Translations under genes and position numbers: made by a program
Part shown: one piece after another, positions 30,692 to 42,120 of the stretch
Layout: the number at the start of each line of letters is the position of its first letter
How positions within the stretch are numbered: the stretch's first letter is position 1
The notes under the pieces: generated by a model
Told to the model about the DNA's origin: nothing
Seen by the model: the letters and a program-made list of their open reading frames with translations, nothing else
The model's database searches: none
NCBI GenBank assembly: GCA_963702425.1
Contig: CAVPCQ010000006.1
Span: 192,001 to 256,000 of the forward strand
Direction of reading: 5' to 3'
DNA: 64,000 nucleotides
From: an uncultured Acidobacteriota bacterium
Lineage (GTDB): Bacteria > Acidobacteriota > Polarisedimenticolia > J045

Positions 30692-32122
30692 GTGACGTCC
30701 GCACGATCCGCCCTTCTCCCCCTGGTCCTCACGCTCGGCGCCGCTTCGGCCACGGGTTGCGGCGCGCTTTCCGGCCCGCCCCCGCGGCCGGTCATCCTGG
30801 TCACGGTCGACACCCTCCGGGCCGACCGCGTCGGCCTCCACGGGTTCGCCTTCCCCACCCCCGCCCTCGACGCCTTCGGCCGCGAGGGCGCCTGGGCCTC
30901 GACTGCGTACGCCCCGTTCCCGCGCACGACCCAGTCGGTCGGCTCGATCCTGACCGGCCTGCACCCGCTGCAGCACGGCGGCGACGGCCTGGGGATGCGC
31001 CTGCCGGACTCCGCGACGACCCTCGCGGAGCGGTTCCGCGAGCGGGGCTACGACACCGCCGCGTTCATCACCAACATCGTCCTGCAGCCCGGCTTCGGGT
31101 TCGAGCAGGGCTTCGACCTCTTCTCGAACCCCGAGCCGCGCTGGGTCGGCGACTCGGCCTTCTCGCTGACCGGTGAGGCAGTGGCGTGGCTGCGATCCCG
31201 GCCGAAGGACGGGAAGCCCTTCTTCCTCTGGATCCACTACCTCGATCCGCACTGGAGCTACGAGCCGCGGCCCGAGTTCGCCCGCCGGACCGACCCCTCC
31301 GGCGCCGGCGCGGGCGACCTGGCCCAGCGCGTGGAATCGGGCGCGATCCCGTGGGGCCAAATGCTCTTCGACGCTCCATCGGTACTGACTCCGGCCGAGC
31401 TCGAGCAGGCCCGCCGGATGTACGACGCCGAGGTGCTGCAGACCGACGCCGCCGTGGCCCAGCTCGTCGCCACGCTGAAGGAGCTGGGGTACTGGGACGG
31501 AGCGGTGCTGGCCTTCGCGTCGGACCACGGCGAGAGCCTGGGCGAGCACGACTACTGGTTCGGGCACGGCGAGTACCTCTACGACACGACGCTGCACGTC
31601 CCGCTGATGCTGCGCGCCGCGGGACAGGTCCCGCCGGGGACGCGGATCGACGGCGTGGTGCGGGTCGAGGACCTGGCGCCGACGATCCTCGCGCTCTCCG
31701 GCGCACCGGTCCCCGCCGGGCTCGACGGCGTGGACCTCGCGCCGCTCCTGCGCCAGGGCGGCACCGTCGCGTCGCCGCGACCGACCGCGGTGCACCTCAC
31801 CGATCACCTGCTGATCCGCAACGAGAACCCGCGCCGCCCGGTGGCCGGCCGCGAAGGGCGCTGGTGGGCCCTGCACGACGGCGCGCAGAAGCTGATCCGG
31901 ATCCCGAGCGGGCCGGGCGCGTGGGATGAGGAGCTGTACGACCTCGCGGACGACCCGGGGGAGACGACGAACCTGGCCAGCAGTCGGGCCGCCGAAGCCC
32001 AGCGGCTGCGCCTACTGCTGCAGACGATGTCGGCCGACCTGCTGAAGAACGCACCGACGGAGGACGGGATCGAGTCCCACCCCGACCCGGACCGGCTGCG
32101 CAGCCTGGGGTACGCGAGATGA
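30692..32122 (+). CDS. Sulfatase-like (alkaline phosphatase superfamily) lipoprotein
   Basis: ATGC lipobox; VTVDTLRAD; PRTTQS.GSILTG; WIHYLDPH; YDAEV; SDHGESLGEH; HG..LY...LHVPL; ELYDL..DPGE; LRSLGY. Confidence 0.88.
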   Translation: MTSARSALLPLVLTLGAASATGCGALSGPPPRPVILVTVDTLRADRVGLHGFAFPTPALDAFGREGAWASTAYAPFPRTTQSVGSILTGLHPLQHGGDGLGMRLPDSATTLAERFRERGYDTAAFITNIVLQPGFGFEQGFDLFSNPEPRWVGDSAFSLTGEAVAWLRSRPKDGKPFFLWIHYLDPHWSYEPRPEFARRTDPSGAGAGDLAQRVESGAIPWGQMLFDAPSVLTPAELEQARRMYDAEVLQTDAAVAQLVATLKELGYWDGAVLAFASDHGESLGEHDYWFGHGEYLYDTTLHVPLMLRAAGQVPPGTRIDGVVRVEDLAPTILALSGAPVPAGLDGVDLAPLLRQGGTVASPRPTAVHLTDHLLIRNENPRRPVAGREGRWWALHDGAQKLIRIPSGPGAWDEELYDLADDPGETTNLASSRAAEAQRLRLLLQTMSADLLKNAPTEDGIESHPDPDRLRSLGYAR

Positions 32123-34146
32123 CGGCACTCTGGTCCCGCTTCCGCGCCTTCGTCGAGCGGATGGAGGAGCTGCCGATCGGCCCCGGCGCGCTGCTCGCGA
32201 CGCTGGCCGGGATCATCGCCGTCCGCAACGTGCTGGAGATCGTCGTCGCCAAGAACCCGGTCTTCTTCGGGCTGGCGGCCTTCGTCCACTACCCGATGGC
32301 CTACGTCGCGCCGTTCTTCGCGCTGTCGCTGGTCCTCGCGCTGTGGGCCGGCGTGGCCTCGGCCCGCGTCGCGCGGCTGATGCTGATGGCCTGGCTGCTG
32401 ACGCTCGTGCCGCCGATCGCCGACCTGGTGCTGCACCGCACGCACGACACGCCGACGATCGGCTACCTGCACGCCGATCCGTCGGAGCTGGGCTGGACCT
32501 GGGCGCACTTCTTCGACCCCGCGGCGAGCTTCGTCGGCACCACGCCGGGGATCCGGATCGAGATCCTCGCGGCCGTGCTGCTGGCCGGCGTCTACATCCT
32601 GCTGCGCAGCCGTTCGTGGTGGCGGGCGCTCTGTGGCGCCGTCACCGTCTACTTCGTCTCGCTGTTCTTCCTGTCGCTGATGGTCCTCGTGCACGGCCTG
32701 TTCCGGTTCTGGAACCCGTCGCTGACGCGCACCGATCTGCTATGGGGCGAGGCGCTCCTCAAGCGGATGGACCACGACACCGCGCCCGACTCGATCGCGC
32801 TGATGTGGCTGGGCCTGGCGATGACCGGGCTGGGGGCCTGCTGGTGGCTCTCCGAGCGCCGTCCGCTGCAGCCCACATGGCTGCGCGGCCGCGGCGGGAC
32901 GAGCGCCGCGCCGGGGCTGGTGCCGCTGCTCGTCGCAGCGTGCGCGGCGGGGATCCTGGTCGCGCTCTTCCTGCACCTGCCGCTCGGCCAGGCGCTGCTC
33001 GTCGCGCCGTACGACGCGCTGGCCGTGCCGGGAGCGCTGCTGGCCCTGGGGCTGCTCGCCTCGGCCGTGCTGCGCCCGGACGCCGGCGATGCGATACGCG
33101 GCGGGCTGGCGCTGATCGGCGGCGCGCTCGCGGCGGGGCTCGGCCGTAGCGTGGCCGTCCCGCTGCTGGCGGCGGCTCTGCCACTCGTGGTGCTGACCGC
33201 GGCCTGGGTCCCGGCGGGGATGAAGCGCGCCGCGTCGATCGCGGTGGGAGCAGTGACGGTGATGTCGGCGGTCGCTGCGGGGTACGCCCTGGTCGTCGGC
33301 CGCGAGGCGCTGGCCCGCGTCCCGAGCGACCTGTTGGTCCTCGGGCTGCTCACTGGCGCGGCGGCCGGCGCGCTGCTGGGCGGCGGCTCGCCGGCGCCGG
33401 GCTGGCTGCGGGCGCTCCTCGTCGGCCTCGCGCTCGGGCTGGGCGGGCTCCTGCTCGGCGGTGCGGTGCTCGGAGGAACCGGCCTCGTGGTCGGCGCGGC
33501 CGTCGGCTGGCTCGGCGGGTGGGCCGACGGCGGACTCGGGCCCGCGCGGCGCGGGCTGTGGACCGGTGCGCTGGCGGGGATCGCGCTGCTCGTCGTCGCC
33601 CGCGGCGCGGTCGCCATCCCGGCGACGACCGATCCGCTGAAGGCCGAGGCGCGCTGCATCGCGCGGCTGCACATCCTGCGGGCGCAGGAGTACGAAGAGA
33701 AGAAGGAGTGGCTGAACGCCAAGCCACAGTACTTCGAAGCGCTGAAGTGCGACGAGGGGAACGTCGCCGCGCTGCGTGGACTTGCGCTCGGACTGCTCGC
33801 GAACGAGCCGGATCGGAAGGAGCGTGCGATCGAGCTGCTCGAGAAGGCCGCACGTCTCGCACCCGACTCCGCGAGCGACCTGTCGAATCTCGCTTCCGCG
33901 TACATCCAGGCCGAGCGGCCCGGCGATGCGCTGCCCCTGATCGAGAAGGCCGCGCGGCTCGACCCGCGCGATCCCAACGTCCTGTTCAACCGCGCCCGCG
34001 CCCTCGAAGACCTCGGCCGCCGCCCCGAGGCGATCGGCGCCTGGGAGGAGTTCGTCGCCCGGGCCGAGCGCCTGCCCGAATCCGCCACCGACCTGCGCCT
34101 CGCGCGCCAGAGCCTGCGCGCACTGCGCGAGGGGACCGCTCCCTGA
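32119..34146 (+). CDS. Polytopic membrane protein with C-terminal TPR repeats
   Basis: About 14 hydrophobic segments followed by TPR-like helices (ALKCDEGN, ARLAPDS, ARLDPRDP). Confidence 0.75.
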   Translation: MTALWSRFRAFVERMEELPIGPGALLATLAGIIAVRNVLEIVVAKNPVFFGLAAFVHYPMAYVAPFFALSLVLALWAGVASARVARLMLMAWLLTLVPPIADLVLHRTHDTPTIGYLHADPSELGWTWAHFFDPAASFVGTTPGIRIEILAAVLLAGVYILLRSRSWWRALCGAVTVYFVSLFFLSLMVLVHGLFRFWNPSLTRTDLLWGEALLKRMDHDTAPDSIALMWLGLAMTGLGACWWLSERRPLQPTWLRGRGGTSAAPGLVPLLVAACAAGILVALFLHLPLGQALLVAPYDALAVPGALLALGLLASAVLRPDAGDAIRGGLALIGGALAAGLGRSVAVPLLAAALPLVVLTAAWVPAGMKRAASIAVGAVTVMSAVAAGYALVVGREALARVPSDLLVLGLLTGAAAGALLGGGSPAPGWLRALLVGLALGLGGLLLGGAVLGGTGLVVGAAVGWLGGWADGGLGPARRGLWTGALAGIALLVVARGAVAIPATTDPLKAEARCIARLHILRAQEYEEKKEWLNAKPQYFEALKCDEGNVAALRGLALGLLANEPDRKERAIELLEKAARLAPDSASDLSNLASAYIQAERPGDALPLIEKAARLDPRDPNVLFNRARALEDLGRRPEAIGAWEEFVARAERLPESATDLRLARQSLRALREGTAP

Positions 34147-37100
34147 TGACCACGCCCACTGCCACCGCCCGCTCCTCGTCTGCTCTGCTCGGCCCGGTCG
34201 CCGCCGCTCTGCTGCTGTCGGGTACCGGCAGCCTGGTGATGGAGGTCTGCTGGTCGCGCCTGCTGAAGCTCGTCTTCGGCTCCACGACGCTGGCGATCAG
34301 CACGATCCTCGTCGCCTACATGCTCGGGCTGGGGATCGGCGGGCTGCTCGGCGGCCGCGTCGCGCGTCGATTGAAGAACGGGATCGCGACCTACGGCTGG
34401 ATGGAGCTGGCGATCGCCGCCTACGCGCTCGCGGTGCCATTCGTGGTCGGCCTCTTCCCCTCCCTGAACAGCGCCCTGCTCTCCGGGATGTCCTTCTGGC
34501 CGGCGGCGCTGGTGCGTTTCGTCCTCGCGTTGACGGTCTTCCTGCTGCCGACGGTGCTGATGGGGGCGACCCTGCCCGTGCTGGTCGCGGCCGTCACGCG
34601 CGGCTGGGACGACCTGGCGCGGCGCGTCGGGCTGCTCTACGGGATCAACACCCTCGGCGCGGTGCTCGGGACGCTCGGCGCGACCTTCCTGCTCTTCCCG
34701 GCACTCGGCGTCTTCTGGACGAACGCCGTCGGGGCTGCGATGGACGCCGCGGCCGGGCTGGTGGCCCTGCTCGTTCTGGCGCCCCGCCTGGATCGCGCGC
34801 CGGAACCTCAGGTGCCGGCCACGGCGGCCGCCGGGCCCCCCTCCCCTGCCGCGAGCTGGCCGCGCTGGAACCTCGCGCTGCTGTCCTACGGGCTGGTCGG
34901 CTTCACCGCCCTGGCCTACGAGGTCGCCTGGACCCGCGCGCTGACGATGATCTTCGGCTCGTCGGTCTACGCCTTCTCGGCGATGCTGTCCGCGTTCCTG
35001 ATCGGGATCGCGCTCGGCAGCCTGATCGGCCGGCGCTTCTTCGATCGCCTGAAGCAGCCGGTGCGGGCCTACGCGCTCGGACTCCTCGTCCTCGGCACGC
35101 TGTCGTTTCTGACGCTCTTCCTGCTGCGGCAGATGAACGACGTGTTCCTGCGGGTGTACGAGACCTTCGGTCTCGGCGGGCGGACGGTCGTCATCGCCTC
35201 GTTCGTGCTCTCGATCCTGGCGATGCTCGGGCCGACCCTCGTGCTGGGCGCGCTCTTCCCGCTCCTGACCCGGACGCTGTCCGCGGCCGGCCGCGAGCCG
35301 TCCCAGACGGTCGGCGACGTCTACTTCGTCAATACGCTCGGCTCCGCCGCGGGGGCGTTCCTGGCCGGCTTCGTGCTCATCCCCGGACTGGGCCTCTCCC
35401 GCACGATGACGCTCGCGGTCGCAATCAATCTGCTCTCGGCGGCCGCGATCCTGCTCTGGCAGACGCAGTGGAAGGGAACGGCCCGGACGGCGCTCGCCGT
35501 CGGTGCGGCCGCGGCCGGGATCGCCGTCGCGCTCGTCCCGCCGGTCTGGTCGCAGAAGGCGATGACGATGGGCGCCTACTACCGGCCCCAGAACGCCTTC
35601 GATTTCGACCTGGACCTCGAGCCGTTCGAAGGGATCCCGGTCAACGAGATCGCCTTCTACGAGGACGGGGTCTCGGCGACGGTCTCGATCCACAAGCAGC
35701 CCGACGGGATCACGATGAAGATCAACGGCAAGGCGGACGCGTCACTGAAGGACATGTCGACGCAGGTCCTCTCCGGGCACCTGCCGCTGATCTTCGGCGG
35801 GCCGGCCGAGCGGGTGATGGTGATCGGCTACGCCTCCGGCGTGACGACGGGGGCGGCGACGCTCTACCCGGTGAAGCAGATCGACGTCGTCGAGATCGAG
35901 CCGGCGGTGCTCGAGGCCTCGCACTTCTTCGACCCCTGGAACCACCGACCGCTCGAGGACCCGCGGGTGCGCGTCATCCTCGACGACGGCCGGAGCTACC
36001 TGGCGGCCACGCGCGAGAAGTACGACGTCATCATCTCCGAGCCGTCGAACCCGTTCCTTTCCGGCTGCTCCAACCTGTTCACGCGCGAGTTCTTCCACGC
36101 GGCGCGGCGGGCGCTCAACCCGGGCGGCCGGCTGCTGCAGTGGATCCAGCTCTACGGGATGGACCCGGCGGGCGTGGCGTCGGTGCTCGAGGCCCTGCGC
36201 TCCGAGTTCCCGCACGCCTACGCCTTCCAGTTCCTGCGCAACGACGGCGACCTGATGCTGCTCGCCACGGACCGGCCGCTGACGCCGGCCGACCTCCCGC
36301 GCTGGGAGGCGCTCCCGCCCTCGGCGCGCGAGGACCTCGAGCAACTGCGGCTGCTCGGCACCGCGGACGTCTGGTCGCTGATGCGCCTGACCTCCGACAA
36401 CCTGGCCGAGATCGCCCGGCTGGCGACGAAGCGCAACACCGACGACTCGATGTACGTCGAGCTGCACGCCCCGTGGCGGCTGCAGGACTCGGTCGACGAG
36501 AACGTGACGCTGCTCGGGCGGTTCGACGACGGAATCCTGCCGGTCGCCGAGACGCCGGGGGCGCCGCTCTCGGCCGAACAGGTCGGCGAACTCGCCTACG
36601 CCTATGCCGTCGGCCGGATCGAGCGCGGGATCGCGACGCGGCTGGTCGCGGAGGCCCGGCGCCGGGGACCGTCGGCGATGGCGCTCTGCGCCGAGGGGTT
36701 CCTGTTGGAGTCGGCCCCGACCCCCGACCCCGGCACCGCGCTGCGGATGTACGAGCAGGCCGAGCTACTGGCGCCGGAGCGCGTCGAACCGAAGATCATG
36801 CGGGCCCGCGCGCTGATGCGGAGCGGACGGGCCCCCGAGGCGTCGCCGCTGCTCGACGAGATCCTGGCCCGGGATCCGGGGAATGCGCTCGCGCTCGGGA
36901 TGCGGATGCGGGTCAACGGACAGGCGGGGCGCGCCGCGGCCGCCTGGGCCGACGGCAAGCTGCTCGTCGGCCTGCCGGCCTCGCGCTTCGAGCGCGAGTT
37001 CTGGGGCGAGGCGGCGGTCAACGCGATGGCCAGCGGCCAGACTGCCGAGGGGCTCGAGCTGATGCAGAAGTACCTCTCCTGGAACCCCATGGCGATCCGC

Positions 37101-37334
37101 GAGTGGCAGGTGTACGAGGAGATCCTGCGCCGCGCGGGACGGACCGCCGAGGCCGACGTGGCCAAGCGCAACCTCGAGGCGGCGATTCGCAACCAGATGC
37201 TCCTCGCCCACCGCGGGGCGCGCTACGAGATGCGCTTCGGGAACAAGGAGACGGCAAAGAAGCTGCTCGAATCGGTCCTGGAGCGCGAACCGGGCAACGC
37301 CGCGGCGCGGCGCGACCTCGACGCACTGCGGTAG
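34146..37334 (+). CDS. Fused membrane domain/spermidine-synthase-like SAM-dependent protein with TPR tail
   Basis: SG..SL..EV.W.R.L..FGST duplicated TM module; LYGINTLG; VIGYASGVT, VEIEP, DGRSYL, YDVIISEPSNP, NLFTREF, LNPGG..LQW; TGATG coupling with the upstream gene. Confidence 0.88.
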   Translation: MTTPTATARSSSALLGPVAAALLLSGTGSLVMEVCWSRLLKLVFGSTTLAISTILVAYMLGLGIGGLLGGRVARRLKNGIATYGWMELAIAAYALAVPFVVGLFPSLNSALLSGMSFWPAALVRFVLALTVFLLPTVLMGATLPVLVAAVTRGWDDLARRVGLLYGINTLGAVLGTLGATFLLFPALGVFWTNAVGAAMDAAAGLVALLVLAPRLDRAPEPQVPATAAAGPPSPAASWPRWNLALLSYGLVGFTALAYEVAWTRALTMIFGSSVYAFSAMLSAFLIGIALGSLIGRRFFDRLKQPVRAYALGLLVLGTLSFLTLFLLRQMNDVFLRVYETFGLGGRTVVIASFVLSILAMLGPTLVLGALFPLLTRTLSAAGREPSQTVGDVYFVNTLGSAAGAFLAGFVLIPGLGLSRTMTLAVAINLLSAAAILLWQTQWKGTARTALAVGAAAAGIAVALVPPVWSQKAMTMGAYYRPQNAFDFDLDLEPFEGIPVNEIAFYEDGVSATVSIHKQPDGITMKINGKADASLKDMSTQVLSGHLPLIFGGPAERVMVIGYASGVTTGAATLYPVKQIDVVEIEPAVLEASHFFDPWNHRPLEDPRVRVILDDGRSYLAATREKYDVIISEPSNPFLSGCSNLFTREFFHAARRALNPGGRLLQWIQLYGMDPAGVASVLEALRSEFPHAYAFQFLRNDGDLMLLATDRPLTPADLPRWEALPPSAREDLEQLRLLGTADVWSLMRLTSDNLAEIARLATKRNTDDSMYVELHAPWRLQDSVDENVTLLGRFDDGILPVAETPGAPLSAEQVGELAYAYAVGRIERGIATRLVAEARRRGPSAMALCAEGFLLESAPTPDPGTALRMYEQAELLAPERVEPKIMRARALMRSGRAPEASPLLDEILARDPGNALALGMRMRVNGQAGRAAAAWADGKLLVGLPASRFEREFWGEAAVNAMASGQTAEGLELMQKYLSWNPMAIREWQVYEEILRRAGRTAEADVAKRNLEAAIRNQMLLAHRGARYEMRFGNKETAKKLLESVLEREPGNAAARRDLDALR

Positions 37335-37351
37335 GGCACGGGTCGCAGGGC

Positions 37352-37482
37352 GGGCCGGCACGGAGGCCGGCCCCTACGATCGCGCAACCTGTAGGGGCCG
37401 GCCTCCGTGCCGGCCCCTACGATCGCGCAACCAACGGCAAGTCGGTCGCACAACCTGTAGGGGCCGGCCTCCGTGCCGGCCC
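37352..37482. repeat. Second cluster of three GTAG-type REP-like palindromes
   Basis: Inverted copy 37352-37377; direct copies 37391-37416 (extends to a full GTAG...CTAC palindrome at 37420) and 37457-37482; between convergent genes. Confidence 0.88.
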
Positions 37483-37499
37483 GAACGTCCGCGCAACGA

Positions 37500-40400
37500 T
37501 CACCAGACGGCTTCGCTGCCGTGCCAGTCCTCGGCCAGGACCTGCCACGTGTAGTACGCGCCCGCCGGGGTCGACAGCGAGACCTCGACCGTTCCCCCCG
37601 CCGGCGGGACGTCAGCCAGCAGGCGATTGGCGTCGCCGCAGCTCGCGCGCGGCAGGTTCGAGGGTCGCCCGTAGAGGTTGTAGCTGAAGACCTGCAGCGG
37701 CCGGCCGTCGACCGCACGCGTCACCTCGCTCCACGACAGCCGGAGCTGGCTCGCCGACAGGCGCCGCACGCGAAGATCCGCGATCCCGTCCGGCAGCTCG
37801 TCGCCCCCGGCCGAGCGCAGCCCCGCGGAGTCGAGCGCCACGACGGTGTAGTACCAGCGCGGATTCGGGGCCGCGGTCCCCTGCCCTGCGTGCGTCCATT
37901 GCGCAGCCGTCGCGGCGAGCGACGCCAGGCGGTTCCCCGGCGTCAGCGCGAAGGCCGGCCCGGCCGTCGAGCCGTAGACCTCGATCGCGGTCAGCGTCGT
38001 CCCCGTGCCCCAGACGGTCTGCGAGGGCGGCGTCCAGCTCAGCCGCAGGTCGATCCCCTGGCGCGTGACCCGCAGATCGCCGATCGACCGCGGCGGGTTG
38101 ATCCCGCGCACGAGGTGCGGCACGCCGGTCAGCTCGCCGGAGTAGGGCCCCGGACGGCTGCAGTTCTCGGCCCGCACGCGGACCCAGTAGGTCCTGCCGT
38201 TCTGGAGCGCGCCGATCGCCAGGCTCCGCGCCTCGCCGCCGGCGATCCGAGCCCCCAGCGCTGCGCCGCCCGCCGACTCCGCCCACTCCACGCGGTACTG
38301 CACGATCTCGTGGTTCGGATCGGACGGCGCGTTCCAGCTCGCCAGCAGCTCGCCGCCGGTCTGGGTGTCTTCGACCTTCGTCAGCGCCGGCGCGGCCGGA
38401 CCCGCCGGGTTCTCGGGGATCCCGGAGCGGCAGTCGCTGCGGTCGCCGTAGCAGGTGTCGTTGAAGTTCGACCAACGGCTCTCGAAGCCGGCCGAGTCGA
38501 CCGCGACGACGTAGTAGAAGACCTCGCGGCAGTTGGTCAGCCCGCCGTCGATCAGGCTGGTCGACGCCGTCTGGCCGGCCTGCGTGTAGGGCGCACCCGG
38601 GGTGATCGCGCGGTACACGCGGTACGACGCCGCCCCGCTCACCGCGGTCCAGCTCACCGTCAGCGCCCCGCTCCCGGCCGGCACGATCGACGTGATCGAG
38701 GGCGCCGCCGGCGCCGGCACCGCGAGCCGCAGCGCGGGGTCGCCCTCCAGCACGAAGGAGCGCAGCCCGGTGAGGTTGTTGAACGTCGCGTACTCGGCCC
38801 GGATCCGGGCATCGATCCGCGCCACCACCCGCTCCTTCTTGCGGCCGTAGATCTCGTCGTAGAACGGCGCGATCAGCGAGTCGATCTCCGCCAGGTAGGT
38901 CAGATGCGCGGGCGCGAAGGCCCCGACGATCCCCTTCCGCGGCGTCGTCAGCCAGTCCTCGACGAAGGTGTACCAACTGTCGTTCAGGCTGCCCACGCTC
39001 GAGTCGGCCGGAAAGTGACCGGTGATGCAGTTGGCGTGGATCTGGAACGACAGCGGCGAGTCGGTGACCAGATCGTTCAGGTCCTCGCGCGTCCCGCCGG
39101 GATCGGTGGGCGAGGCGGTCTGGAAGATCGTGCAGCTCTTGCCCCAGCCCTTGTACTGCCCGTGGCCGACGTAGCTCAGGATCGCCGCCCCGGTGTTGGC
39201 GCAGGCGTCGACGCGGTTGTTCATCGGCGTGCCGCCGCCCTGGCAGTCCTCGTCCACGGCCTGCTCGTAGACCTTCTGGCCGACCGCCGGGCCGCCCGCG
39301 AAGTACTGCGCGTGCATCGCGTCGTGGATCGCGGTGAAGGTCTCCGGGGCGCCGGCCTCCATCTCCGAGACGAGACACGCGCGGCCGGCCCAGGACGCGG
39401 GCTTGGCCCCCTGCTCGTAGGCGACGATCTTGCGGAAGACCTCCTCCGCTTCGGCCAGCGAGTGAGCCGGGATCCGGCCGACCCCCAGGTCGGGGATCGC
39501 GTCGCTTCCGACCACCGCCGCGAACCAGGTGTCGGACGGGTAGTACCCGAACTGCGAGTTGGCGGTCAGGTCGAACATCTGTGTCGGGAGGAACTGCCGC
39601 GCGGGGCTGTAGCCGAAGAAGTTCTTGTAGTCGCGGGTCGCGTCGCCGACCAGCACCAGGAAGGCCGGGGCCGGCGACCAGTTCGCCAGCGCGTACTCGA
39701 CGAAGGCGCGGATCGCGCGCGGGTCCTCGATCCCGTCGCTGAACTCGTCGTAGACGTCCAGCAGGTCGATGACGGCGGTCTTGCACAGCCGGCCCGGCGC
39801 GCATTCCTGGCCCTGCCGCAGCGCGACGAGGCCGCGCAGCCGCGAGCCGGCGCCCATGTCCAGCAGCGAGCGGGCCCCGATCACGACCCAGTCGGCGCCG
39901 AGCCCGGCCCCCTTCAGGCTCGATCCCCAACGCCGCGTCCAGCGACGACGGCGCGCGGTCCTCGCGGACTGCGGACGGGGTCCGGTAGCCGGCGCCGGAG
40001 GCCGCCGCGAAACGCCGCGTCGCGGGGCGGCCGGAGTCGCTCTCGAGCGTGAAGCCCCAGCCGCCAGTCGCCGGGCCGACCTTCGTGACCGCTTTGGGGA
40101 CGGCGATCGTCATCCCGGCCGCGGACGCCGTGCCGTCGGTGATCTCCCAGACCTCGGGCTGTGCGCCGAACGCCGACAGCCGCACCTCGCGCTGCGCGTT
40201 GGGCGCACCGAAGGCGAGCCGGTCGGAGGAGCCGCGATAGAGCCGGTCGTAGTCGAGCTCGATCCAGTTGACGCCGACCGTGTCGCGCGTCACCGGCTGG
40301 CTGTCGGCGGAGCGCCCGAGCGGCAGCCGCACCGTGATCTGCGTCGTCCCGGCCAGCGTGGCCGGGAAGCTCACCGCTCCGCCGTCCACGCCGTGGGTGA

Positions 40401-41839
40401 ACTCGCGGTAGCCGTCCCAGTCCTTCGTGTCGCGCACCGTCCCGTCCTGCGAGATCTCGGAGCGGTGGAAGTTGCGGTTGTACTGGAAGCCGAGCAGCCG
40501 CACCCGGAGGTCGACCGAGCCGCCGGCGTGGTCCGGCGTGGCGACGAACTGGTCGAGGCTGACCGGCACCCCGTTCGCGTCGAGGAACGGGTCGGCGTAC
40601 CAGTGGTCGAGACCGTCTGCCGGGACGAAGCCATGGAACTTCTCGTCCTCCTCGTGGTGCACCGTGTCGCGGAAGCTGGGCGGGACGGCGTAGAGCCCGT
40701 TCGGCGTCCCTGTGAAGGCCGACTCGGCGACGCGCAGCGGGCCGGTCGCGGCGTCCAGCCGGTAGACGTTGCCGTCGGTGTAGTCGCCGTGCTGCCATGC
40801 GTCCGGCTCGAAGAGGTCGACGGCGCCGACCGCCTGGCCGTAGAAGACGATCGCGTCGCCGGGGCCGAAGACGCCGTCGGTCTCGCCCGCGACGCGGATC
40901 GGGACCTGGATCCCCTGTACGGTGAGGCGGTAGCGACGCGGATCGTTGGCGGTGAGGAACGACAGGAGCCCCGGCGAGTTGGCCTGCGCCCACTCGTACG
41001 TGACGCGCTGCAGCCCGTCGGCATTCACGACCAGCTGCCAGGCCGGGTAGGTCGGCGCGGCCAGGGGGGCCAGCGGGCCGGAGAGCGGCCCTGAGAAGGG
41101 CGTCGCCCCGCCCGCCGCGAGCAGGGACGACAGTTCCGCCCGCGGCACGCGGGACGCTCCGTGGGCGAACTCCTCGCCCCCCGCCGCGAACGGATCCGAT
41201 TCGACCGCCGCGGGCGTCGCCGCCAGCGCGCGCGGCCCCGCTGCGCTTTCGTTGACGCGCAGGCGGATCGTCAGGCGGGTCGCGACGCGGAAGCGCCCGG
41301 TCGAGAGCTCAACTTGCAGCGGCACGATCTCCAGCGCGGCGAAGCGCAGCGTCCGCCAGGCCCCGTCCGGGACGGCGATCCGGACCGGTTCGGCGGGCCA
41401 CCAGCCGGGTCCGGCGGGCCAGGCCGTCTCGTCGGTGGCGCGGCGCGGGTCGCGGGCCGGGTACGGGGCGATCGGGCCCGGCAGCAGCCCCTCGGCCCAG
41501 GCCGCCTCGACCCCGACGATCTCCAGCGCCCCACCGGGCGTGAGGGCGATCCGCTCCTGGCGCGCGGGGAGGTCGGGCACTCCGACCGTCCCGACCCGCC
41601 CGAAGCCGGCGAGCGACGGCTCGAAAGCGCCGTCGACCTCGGCCCAGGAAACCGGTGGCAGATCGAGGGTCAGGAGCTGCTCCCCCGTCGCCGCGTCGGT
41701 CTCGTGGTGGACCGCCGGGCCGGGGGGCACGGCCAGCGCGGCAGGGACGGCAGAGCGCACACAGGGCCAGCAGGGCCGCGCGGAAGGCGCGGACCAGGAC
41801 ACGGCGGCAACAGCAGGGCGCGGGGCGGGTCGCGCTCAT
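37500..41839 (-). CDS. Large exported peptidase C25 (gingipain/PorU-like) with C-terminal FN3-like domains; frameshifts near 41750 and 39925
   Basis: Propeptide-like GVPDLP; FYGQ...YTDGNVY; ADWVVIG; DVYDEF; LVLVGDATRDYKN; SDTWF; DLGVGRIP; catalytic YVGHG and NC; LEGDPAL; FN3-like W...Y.VYR...YYVVAVD repeats. Confidence 0.85.
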
Positions 41840-41994
41840 CGATTCCGTGGTTCTCCCTACCGGCACCGCCTGTTCGGCGGCGGCTGCGCCCGCTGACCCC
41901 GACCGCCCCAAGATACCGTCAGCCGGGCGGCCGCCCCACTCGAAACCGGGGAGCCGGCGCGGAGGCGTTGCCGCAGCGGGATCGTCGGGTTCCC

Positions 41995-42028
41995 AAAAAG
42001 AGATCGGGCGGCCCGAAGGCCGCCCGAT
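41995..42028 (-). terminator. Rho-independent terminator downstream of the precursor peptide gene
   Basis: Minus strand ATCGGGCGGCC-TTCG-GGCCGCCCGAT then CTCTTTTT. Confidence 0.85.
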
Positions 42029-42120
42029 TCCGTGTGCACACGTTCTTTCTGGAGCGATCCGGTTCGAGCCTCAAGAAGGCGGGCCCTCGGGGTCGCTCCG
42101 GCCCCGCGTTGCGGGTGGAT

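Noticed and set aside
32649-35693. Long antisense and alternate-frame ORFs (for example 32649-35693, 47997-50798, 37473-40052, 35-1570)
   Set aside because: Arg/Pro/Gly-rich shadow ORFs typical of very high GC DNA, overlapping well-supported genes.
37352-37482. Possible CRISPR array (also 20661-20783)
   Set aside because: Only three copies per cluster, mixed orientations, irregular and partly repeated spacers, no cas genes; a REP family fits better.
39915-39935. Programmed ribosomal frameshift in the C25 gene
   Set aside because: No canonical slippery heptamer; a one-base homopolymer error is simpler given the other indels in the window.
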